A stretch of DNA of 64,000 nt, taken from assembly GCA_013239625.1 (NCBI GenBank), contig MU054391.1, positions 992,001 through 1,056,000 of the forward strand. The letters are read 5' to 3'. Each line of letters opens with the position of its first letter. Within the stretch, counting starts at the first letter, position 1. Positions 47,266 through 57,700 of the stretch are shown one piece after another. The notes under the pieces are model-generated. The model saw only the letters and a list, made by a program, of their open reading frames with translations, searched no databases and was not told the DNA's origin. The stretch comes from Lama guanicoe. Taxonomy: Eukaryota. Position numbers and translations under genes: made by a program.

Positions 47266-49339
47266 AAAGTGCACTCCAGCTGAAACCGTGTTGCCCTGAA
47301 ACACAGCCTGATGATGGAAGAACGTGTCTGCTACCTTAGAATGATCTGGTATCAGAAAAGTCATACGATAAATTACCACAAAAGGAGAGCATTTAGTGTT
47401 ATTCCTGGTCCAAGTTAGGATTATTATGGGCAATATTTCCAATCTGTGGAGTCTGCAATTTAAGCTGTGTTATTTTTTGTATCAGCCACACATAATACAT
47501 GGATATGGCTTACTTGCTACAACTTCCAAAGAAAATTACAAAAAAAATTTATAAAAGTATTTTCTTCTTAAAGGTCATGGTGTCTCTTCAGTTTCGCTTG
47601 GAATAAGTGTAGCTCAGTGTCAGGTATAGCGAATACACTGTGATGGACCTTATTTGGTGAAAACTATGTTAATCATGTTCAAGTTTTTGTTCAAGCTTAT
47701 CCTCTATCACTCTTTCCTAAGGAATGCTACACATTTTTCCCCCAAAGAAAACAATAACAACAAAAAAGAGTCATGAAAAGATTTTTTTCAAAAACTTGAA
47801 AATAAGGAAATGTATAATAATATGACAATCAAATTGTGATATGAAGTCATTAGATTAGAAGAATTTAGCAAAACAGAGGGTCTCTCTGAGACTGCCATCC
47901 ATTTGCTGTCTGGACAGAGTTCTGTCTGGGGACACTTCGCATCGAGGCAGACTTCATGGCCAAGTACTAGATGCATTTGAAAAACTGGTGATTGATTGGA
48001 AATTATAGCCTGGACTGCACAGGCCTCCAGCCAAGCCACCCTCCAATGTCAGAGCAGCGGGGTCTTACAGAAAAGCATCTTTCTAGTCCCTCTTCCTCCA
48101 CTGAATGGGCTTCTTAATATAAAATATTTAAGAGGAAATAAAGTTTGAAGTTGTTTACAGTTAAAAATGTAGCCAGCAAATTGTGCAATAAGTAAAGTAT
48201 TTGAGACGATACAATGTGTTTTTACAAACAGCACCTCCCCCTCAAGTTAGGCTGTCTTACAGGGAGAGCTGGAAGTCTAGTTTACGCATGTGACTTTGAA
48301 AATATCGTTTAGACACTAAAATGAATTTTTCTCAGAAAAGGGATTGGATTTTTTTTATCACACATGTGAAGTATTTCTAAAAGCAGTTCAATAAATAATC
48401 AGATTATGAACTCTGAATTTTGAATTTGAAGTATAGTTTTAACAAATAGATAAACTTCAAAAAGCTTTGAAGTTACAAAATAACTTATTTTTCCCTAATC
48501 TATTGGAAACTGGCATATAAAACAAAACATCAGACAGTGAAATAATTGGGTGTGTTCAGCAGTAACGTTTGAAATATAAACATTTTCCAGAGTGTAAAAA
48601 ATAAAAATAAGTCAGGTGAAAAATATGCCAGGGACAATAAAGGCAGTATATTGAAGAGGCTCATTCTCTGAAAATACTCACATTTCCCTAAAATGTGCTC
48701 ACGCTGCTTCTACAGTCCAAGAGGAAATGGTGGGCTCATATGTCTTTAGGAATTCTTGTATTCCCCCACACACATGGTCACAGACTCCTGGGCCCTCAAC
48801 CTTGATCTCAGCTTCCAGCACAAAATCATGACATTGGCTTAAGTTTTGCTGGAGGTTGCAAGTTTCACTCAAGACAAGTTGAAATTGGTGTTTCATGTAT
48901 ACTTTCTGCCTTACTGGTTTATCTTGGTAACCCTGGCTCACCTTTTTCAAAAATGAAATTTTATCAATAATTACATAAATGTCCATTGCATAAAGATTTT
49001 CCATTTTAAAAGCATATCCACGCAGTGTTTACAGGTTTGCTAACTCACAGTTACATGTATGCAAGTAATTTTAATGAAACCATGTTTGGTAATTTGGAAA
49101 GTAGGGTAATAATTTCATGTGCAAAAGAAAGATCCAGGGATTGCCTATCTTCTCTGCCACAATCTTCAAAACATCCAGTTGTGACCATAAAGCCTGTGCC
49201 TGCTTCCACTTCAGTGAGTACAATCATTAAGGTGATGAGAGGGAGCCGTTCTCGCATTGCCAGTTAACTAGTGGGAAGTCAGTCACTGCTGAACACAACT
49301 GCTATCAGCAGCGGACAGCTCCCGGTGCTGAAAGGGGAA

Positions 49340-49560
49340 AGGAGAGGAGCCTGGCTCACAATAGCTCACTCAGCCAGCCTTTGAAAAATCACAGCAAAAC
49401 TGAATGAGGTGGCAAGTGCTCAGGCTGAAAAGCACTGTCTGCAGAACAATGGCAGCCGGCTCCAAATCCGGCTCCAATCACATTAATGAGATTAATCAGC
49501 GAATTAGCAGCAGTCAAATGTCAGGGAGGCAAGGAAGGGTCCAACCAAGATTGGTAATTA
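49340..49560. promoter_or_regulatory. Candidate enhancer (SOX plus homeodomain motif cluster)
   Basis: AACAATGG at 49445-49452, then a tandem ccggctccaa(a)t duplication, adjacent palindromes CATTAATG (49481-49488) and GATTAATC (49490-49497), and further AATTA sites. Confidence 0.35.
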
Positions 49561-51653
49561 ACTTTTTTTTTTGGTGGGGGGAAGGAAAAAAATCAACTGT
49601 GCTATCTCCTAGGTTTCTCAGAAGGTGACAATTTTGCTCCACAGATCGGAAGGCTGTATGTTCTGATCAAAAGGCTACAGCATAACCCCTCATATTATGC
49701 CATAAACCCAGGTATCACATTACTGATGCTTAAAGTACGGTCCTCTGAGAAAAGTGATGTCACTGTGAATAACCTTCATAAACTATCAGGCTTTTTCTGT
49801 TTTGAACTCTCTAACTGTAAAATTAATATTTACAAAGGAATTACTTCTCCAATACTCAAGCTAAATTTCTTTTAAAATATGGCTGATTTAAAAAGGAAGG
49901 CTTATGTAACAGCTGCTTGCTCATGAGAAGTCCATGACACTGTGGTGAGAGTTTTAAAAAGTGCCATCAAGTGAAGAACTATTACACAAACGTATCAGCT
50001 CTGGTCTACTGTATTTAATGAGGAAAATTTATTACTGCAGTACAACTTTAAGGAGAATTTTAACCAACTGACTTATTGCACTTGAGGTGAGAGAATCATA
50101 CACTCTCCTTTAAGTCAATTAGAAAAAATAAACTTTCTTTTTTTCCTAGAATGTATCAGTAGCATGTATAATATACAATCAACACTTTGGATACAAAGTT
50201 CTTGAGAGGTGAACACTTACAGGAATGAAGTGGTGGTGTTTTTCAAAAAGGAGTATTGTACAAAAACCCTTTTTATATTTTTAAAAACAGTCCCATTTTT
50301 CTCTGTATAAAAGACATGCTTTTTTATCATTTAAAAAGCTGCATGACTTTCATGAAGTTGAACAATCAGAAGGAAAGCCTCCTTCATGTTGTACTAGGAT
50401 GCTTTTGTCTATGAAGTTAGTTTTGTTCAGTGAAAAACACAAACACTTGAACAAAAAAGCTCCTATTATAATAAATATTTTTCTTCTAAGTAAGTAAATA
50501 ACTTAAAATTTCATAGATTATATCACTTTAGTGCACAAGAAATTATCATGGCTAAATTAATGCTAAATTCAAAGTCAGAGCTCTATATTTTGAATAGTTA
50601 GCTGTTATATGAATATTTATATGTGTATATATTTATGGCCCTATTTTGATCTACCTCGAAGATAAAGTATGCAGTTTGAACTTTTAGTTTATTAATTTAA
50701 GTTGCACTAAAAGGTATAGTCCTCTTATAAGTGACACACTGTTTCATTATTATGAACTTCAAACATTTCAGTTACAGTTAAAAATCTTTATGTGAGTTTC
50801 TCAATTGAAACCATCTAACTTTCTTGCTATTAGGAAAATATAACATTACATCAAAAGTATCTAATGTTTTAACAGCCTTTGTAAAAAATGATGTGCTTTC
50901 TTTGCAATGTAAAGTAATCCAGTAAAGTCTCCGGGAAGTTTTTGTTTCGGTGTCTGCATGTCATCCAAGTACTGTCCATGCAGCAAGGTCTTTTTTTATC
51001 AGCAGCATCATGGTTAAGGCATGCAACATCATACCAATTTTGCTTTAAAGAGAGACTTCCGTGGATTATAAACTCCTAGCCAGGAACATCTCAGCTACCA
51101 GCCATGCTATAAAACAACCTTAAAAAGGAGCAAACAATAGGCATTCGAGCACAAGTGCTCGAACTACGGCAATGCAGACCTGCCCACGCCGTCCCCAGCA
51201 TCCACCTGCCGACCGTCACATACCTCCCAACACGGCCGCGAGCGCTCACAGGCGAGACAAGCTCAACGTCCACAGAAAGCAGAGCAAACCCTGCTCCACC
51301 CCAAGCCTGAAACGATGATGAGGAACATGCCTACCACCAAGATGCAGAAAAGGCTGCTTTTTGTCTTCAGTGAATACTGATACCATAACCCATAGTCCAG
51401 GGAATGGAAAAAAATTAAAATACACCCACCAAGAATGAGTCTAAAAATCAGGGGGGCTTCAGGAAGACTGCAAGGAAAGCTCTCTCCCTGTTTAGTGTGC
51501 AGCAGCTTAGGGGAAAAAAAATGTCGCCCGGGCAGGAATGACAAATGCGGAGCGATAGGCTGGCGGGCCTGAGGGGTCTGCCTCACTTCCACACGCATCC
51601 CCTAGTGCACGCGCTCCCACTCATCCTCTCCACAGGCTTTTTTTTTTTCCACA

Positions 51654-51847
51654 NNNNNNNNNNNNNNNNNNNNNNNNNNNNNNNNNNNNNNNNNNNNNNN
51701 NNNNNNNNNNNNNNNNNNNNNNNNNNNNNNNNNNNNNNNNNNNNNNNNNNNNNNNNNNNNNNNNNNNNNNNNNNNNNNNNNNNNNNNNNNNNNNNNNNNN
51801 NNNNNNNNNNNNNNNNNNNNNNNNNNNNNNNNNNNNNNNNNNNNNNN
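51654..51847. other. Assembly gap (194 N)
   Basis: Run of N seen directly in the sequence. Confidence 1.
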
Positions 51848-52003
51848 CAATAATAAGCTGGCTGCATAATAAGGTTGTCAGTCCTGCAAATCAGCCTGCA
51901 GCCCAGCCAGCTACCAGGTAAAGAAAATCAGCATCTGTATGTGTCTTCTGCATTTTACAGTGGCCATAAAACGAACTAGAATTTCAAGCCTTTCTGTGGA
52001 GGA

Positions 52004-52039
52004 GCGTGCGTGCGTGTGTGTGTGTGTGTGTGTGTGTGT
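52004..52039. repeat. (GCGT)n(GT)n microsatellite
   Basis: Three gcgt units followed by an uninterrupted (gt)n run. Confidence 0.95.
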
Positions 52040-53299
52040 TGGGGTGGGGTAGCTGGACAACAACATGACAACGTGACATATTTTTTTCTTTCTCTTCTAT
52101 CATGTTTACTGTAATGGACTTGGTTTTACGAAGGATTTCTTAAACAGCCATATTGAAACTGGGGATGTGGTGTGTTGCAGGCTGTTCCTCCCGCCCCCAC
52201 CCCGCCCTCCCCCTCCCGGTCTGATGTGTGTGCTGCATTGATGCGAGCAGCTCGCCTCAGGCTTCCACCTTGGCTCCCAGGGGGACATCCTGCAAAATGA
52301 ATCAGCAACCATCCTGAGCAGGCTGATTAAAATGAAAATGGCAAGGCGCATGTCTGGGCGGAACTGGAGCTCGGCTTTGCTGCCTGTCTGGCAAGCACGC
52401 TCAATATAGCTCCTGCTAATAATGGCTTACTGCCTTTCGGTTTTTAAAAAGGTATCGTCATTTATCCCCTCAACCGACTGGTGTTGGAGTGTGGGTGCGC
52501 GTGTGTGGTATGTGTGCATGGGCACGTGTATGTGTGTGTGCGTGGTCGGGGCGGACTGCTGACACCAGGATTGTGAAACTGAGTTCACCCCGTCTCTCTT
52601 TTGGGGAGTGGGGCAGCTGGTAAGTCTTGGGGTAAAAGAGCCAGGGTAAACGCAAGCTGCCTAAAAAACCAAGGTGACGGTTTTCCACCTAGACACACTC
52701 ATTTCTAACCAAAATCCTGGGCAACAGACCTTAAGAGAACCAACTCTGCTCCCCAAGCTCACAGCTGGACCCTCTGACATCCAGCCTCCAGAGGAACCTA
52801 TTTCTGTTTCAAGCATTTGCAACCAGCTTGTTACTGTATCCTGGATACTCTGCAACACGGGGCATCAAAAATAGAAAAACAAAAGGTGACTCACTGATGC
52901 AATAATCTAACAAAATTGAATAAAAATGAAACTGACTTTAAAAAAAATTCTCAGATACAGCTTTAAGATTACCCTCAAATAAACTGTACCTTTCAAAATC
53001 TGTCAAATTTTTCAGTTTTTTTTACAAGGCATTATGAAATTAGATCATTATCTCTCAGGAAAAATGCCTTAAAAATTAGAAGCAAGGGTTTTTCTGAATT
53101 CATTATGTTCTACCATTTCTATACATTTCACGCTACATCACTGATAATCTCTCAGTTTTGCTGCCTAAATTTCCACTTTTTGATTCCTTTTGGTAACAGA
53201 TGCACGATTTTTATGTGGAACCATATATATGCACATATACATACATAAGCAGTTTATGTCACATATGCACATATGCATATAGACGCATATATGTATATA

Positions 53300-53600
53300 C
53301 ACACACTTGTTTCTGCCTGGAGTAATCCCGCCTCTGAGATGTGACTCTTCCCCTCCCACCGCCAGCCCTGCTGTGCTGCAGAGTGAATCAGAAATCAATA
53401 GAGCTGCCCTAATGGAGACTCCACTCGGTGCTCGGTGCTCGGCTGGGCAGCTGCCGTCTCCTCTCCCTCCCTCTCGCACACACGCACACACGCGCACACA
53501 CACGCACAGAACTGATGACGTCCGTGCAGCTTCTTCAGCTGATTGGGCGCCACATCGGATGTTCCATGGAGCAAAGAATAGGAATCATTTATAGCTGGTG
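53300..53600 (-). promoter_or_regulatory. Candidate minus-strand promoter / 5' UTR start
   Basis: On minus: TATAAA (53593-53588), GCGCCCAATCAGCTG (CCAAT at 53546-53542 plus an E-box) and a CRE-like TGACGTCC (53516-53523 on +). These are followed by GT- and GA-rich sequence typical of 5' UTRs. Confidence 0.45.
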
Positions 53601-53824
53601 GAAAAAAAAAATGGGAGCATGTATTCTCCTGTGTCTGAGACATGGACCCTGAGCGCCCCAGACAGCCAGTCCGCTGACGAAGAACAGTTCCTCAGGTGGT
53701 GTGGTCATGATGGAGCGAAGGAGAGCCCCAAACCCAGCGCAGAACTGCCACCTCCCACAGTGGGAGCTTCTCCATTTTATACAGGACAAAGCCTTCCTCT
53801 GAAAAAGCAAGCAGAATAAAATCT

Positions 53825-53829
<5 letters not shown>

Positions 53830-53880
<51 letters not shown>
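53830..53880. repeat. Perfect A51 homopolymer
   Basis: Counted directly in the sequence. Confidence 0.95.
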
Positions 53881-53881
<1 letters not shown>

Positions 53882-54419
53882 CCGTTTTGGACAAACAGCT
53901 CCAGCGCTTTATTTAAGGGTTTGAATATATATTACGATTTCAAAATACTTCCAAATACACCCTTGAAAATAAAGTGCAAATGAAAAGAATACACATATGC
54001 ACTTGCACGCACACAACACAGACACACACAGGAAAGCACTCTCTGTGAGTTGCCTCTGCCTTATCTTAGCTGTGTTAGCAGTAAGTTCAGTTTTTTAAGT
54101 TAAAATTTGTCCCCGGATAGCTTACCTTCAGGGAAAAGAGGAGATCTCTAAGTGAGACTAAGCCATGGTATTTCAAGCCACAGATTTACATATGTGAACG
54201 TGCTTCTTACACACGTGCCTGTCTTATGAAGACACATTGGCTACTGGGCTTCTGCACACACGCAAAAACGTATGCACAAGCTCACACACGCACGCGCACA
54301 CACGCATACACATGCAACGTTGCTTCCTGAGCTCATGTGGCTGCAGCTGCCGGGGTGTCTCCGTGAAATGACAGGCCACTGTGTCGAGGCTAGAACCTCG
54401 TGTTTTATCTTGAAGGGCG

Positions 54420-54670
54420 GCATTTCTGGACCCTGCAGCCGAAGCGTGCCCGCCCCTCCCCTCGCTGCCTGCACACGCGGCTCCCCCGTGCCCGGCTGAC
54501 AGCAGTCGCCCCAGACGGGCTCTGGCAGCAGCCCAGCATTCGTGCTCCTCCCAGCCGCCCCCCGCACAACGTCAGGGCCGTGAGGAGAGGAAGGCGAGGA
54601 GGAAGCGGCCGAGCTCCGAGGCTGCAGGGCCCACGTGCACGCGGCAGAGCGCCGTGTCAGTCTGCGTTTC
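54420..54670. promoter_or_regulatory. CpG-rich patch, possible promoter
   Basis: High CpG density, GC-box-like 'cccgccc' and CACGTG. It lies upstream (minus sense) of a strong donor GAAG|gtaagc at 54126/54125. Confidence 0.4.
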
Positions 54671-54678
54671 ACAGTTAC

Positions 54679-54706
54679 CTTGTAGCTGCACTTGACGTTA
54701 GGATTT
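54679..54706 (-). other. Candidate 28-nt exon (or 3' end of a longer or first exon)
   Basis: Minus strand reads 'tttcattttttaag|AAATCCTAACGTCAAGTGCAGCTACAAG|gtaact'. Confidence 0.3.
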
Positions 54707-57700
54707 CTTAAAAAATGAAACCCAGGGCTCTGCAGTCCGGTGGAGCAAGTGACACCCTTCAGGACACAGAAGGGCTGGGAAGCACCCCAAAGGCTATTTA
54801 GATGAAAAATCTCTCTGTGCTTTGCAATTAAACCTTAAGTGAAACATCTCTGCCTCCAAATAGCTATCAAACTCTTATTTCTAACCAACTTTCTGCTGCC
54901 CTTACAGGGTCATCGTGCAGATAACACCCCTCTGTTAGAAAATGCATAGCTCAGCTCCATTAATAGATCAATTAGGAAGAGAATATAAATTGGGACACAC
55001 AGCCCCTTCTCATGGATACGTCCTTCCGTTTAACACCAAAACCCAGGTACATTTGTGTCTTGAATACAAAGCACACAGGTGACGTATCAGGCTGTGTTTC
55101 CGACCATCAGACGCATGTTCTGACGGTTCCAACAGCGGACGGATCTCTCCTCGTGTGAGGAGCAGTGTCTCCGCCTCACAGTCCTCGGGACTTCGGGGCA
55201 GACTCTGGTCTCAGCCTGGTACGTGGCCACAGGGCCTTTTCCCTGCTGCAGATGCCGTGTTTCCCAGCAAGGCAGAGGCACGGGGGCTGGACCTCCACGT
55301 GAGGCCGGAGCAGTCTACCCACCTTCTGCTTCAGGGAGCACATGGCATGTCCCAAAAAACCTTTTTTGCTTTCCTTCCGAATTATATCCCCATCAGGGAT
55401 GGAGTGCTGTGACATAAACAGGAGCACCAGACCCATGGAGGGCAGCGGCAGACGGAGCGACGCCATCCCAGTGGGCGGAAAAGGGTCAGTCTGGAGCCTA
55501 GATGTCCGCTGTCACCACGGACGCCGCGCTAAGTGACCGACACAAGCCCCCCACTTCATCAAAGACAAACTTTCTGAGTTTGACGCTGATGAGATAAGGG
55601 CTAGTTTATCAGTGTATCAGACAAGGACAAGGATGAGAAACCCACGCTCACTGCAGCAGGGGGGAGCGTCAACAGCAAGCGGTCACAGAGAATACAGGTT
55701 ACGTGATTAACTGGAGACAGAGGAACGAGAAGGGCCCGGGGACCACATGGCGCAGACGGGCCGGCGGGTCAGCGCAGTCACGGGCAGCAGGGAGGTGCCT
55801 GCGTGACCTCAGGGGACGGGCTGGATGAGGAAAGACAGGCTGTGAACTCGGGGGTCACTGATGGGCTTCTACGTGTGTCCTGGAACCACTGTCCACTGCA
55901 CGTCCGATGCTGGGGGAGTCGGGAGGAACAGGATTATAGAGCACCGCATCTGTATCAGACTTCATCCGATTTTATGGAGAATCTCTGATTTCACAAGGCT
56001 GGCCTATTGTATAGAACTGGTCAATTTTTGGAAAAACATAGATATAAATCATATTGAACTAATTCCAAGATCTAAAACACCATTGAGCATCTACGGTTTA
56101 GGTGACAACACCCAGAAAACTAAGGTAACCTGCGACAGAAACCTGCCGCATCCCCAAGTTCACAATGCTCAGACCAGGATCTGCCGTTTTCTAAAGACAA
56201 GTGCTTTTCAGTCCCCCTTTCGTAGCTCAGTAAATCCACAAACCCCACACCTCCCAGCAGGTCTCCCAGGCTACCTCCAGACTGCTGCCTCTGAACTGCC
56301 CTGCACCCAGAGTCTTTATATCACGTCCGCATCCTTGCATCGTCTGTTTACTTTCCCTATAGCTGTGCGAGTTACTTGAAGAGAGCGACTCCTGCATCTT
56401 CGCTCGTGAGCCTGCAGGCGCAGAGCTGCTGCAGATCCGGTGCTTCGTAAAAGCACTTCGGTGAATTTTCCAGTTCACTAACGGGTCTCACCACTAACGT
56501 AAGATATCTGTGTGTATGCGCATGTACAGACTCCCTGCAGACCTTCACCTTGTCTGGAACTGCACCTTCCTTCATTGTGTTGAGGACAGCAATGAGCGCC
56601 CCACGTCTGGAACAGCTCCAGTCTTGAAAAAGGAGCCGGAAAATACACGGACGCAGAGAAGACACTAGAAGCTGAGAAGAGGGAGGAGCCGCATCTCTTG
56701 CTCAGAGCGCAGTCAGCGTCCTGAGTCCCCAGCGCCAGCCCTCCTTCCTGCGCCCAGCACATCCCCGATGTTTGAGTCCCCTAGTAGGTAGGGGCTGCCT
56801 CCCACCACAGCCACGAAAATTGCTCGGTGCCTATTCTCCCGACGCCCCTTTCAGAGCAGACGTGAGCCCTTGCCTGCTGTCCGCCGGTCCGACACGCCCA
56901 CCCCAGATTGGGGCTGCAAGCTGGCTGCACAAAGAAGCATGACCCTCTCAGGCTACTCTGCAGCGGCCGCGGCAGTTGCAGTACAATAAACCTTCAGAGA
57001 AAGGACGGCAGCGTCTCATGCTTGCGGTGGCCGCAGCGATGCCCTGGGTCGACCCTGCTGCTTACTTTTAGGGTCGTTCTTTATCAGCCTTGAAGTCTGG
57101 TAGCACAGCCCACCTGGAAGTTCTGTCTTTCCTGCTCGGGTCGACCGGCTGTGGACACAAAGCGAGAGGCACGCTGAGACTGAGGCTGCAGCAGACACAT
57201 CACGGTAGGAGGCATGGGAGAAACGAAGGTTTATCATTTCAGCTGGAAGAGAAAACCCAGCAGGTTAGGAACTTGCCGCTCATGGTCCCTGGGGCAAAGC
57301 AATTAAACTGTCAGCCATGGCCACACGTGATGATTTGCTGACGAAAAAGAAGGTTCATTTGGTTTGTGGAATGGAGGACATTGGACACCTGCGAGAGGTC
57401 TGAGACGAGCCCGTCGTGAAGATTCCAGGTCCTTCACCCAGTCCTGGAAATGAGTGGGTTCCCCGGCCCAGGGCTTCTAGAACGGGTGGCATCTTGGAAG
57501 AGACCTTGTAATAACTTCACGAAGATAAATGATCTTTCTCAGATGAATTCACTCGCAGCTGTTTGTCAGAGCCACGACAGGACAGAAGGCAGGGAAGGAG
57601 AAACACGGGGACCTCGTGGAGTCACTGGACCCTGTCCTGCCTGAATTCCCGGGAACCCGGAACACCACGTGGTCCACTGGGCAAAGTGGGGGCTTACAGG

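Noticed and set aside
51545-51867. ORFs spanning the N run
   Set aside because: Artefacts of translating an assembly gap.
51918-51960. Plus-strand gtaaag...ttttacag mini-intron
   Set aside because: Only about 43 nt, below the practical minimum for mammalian introns.
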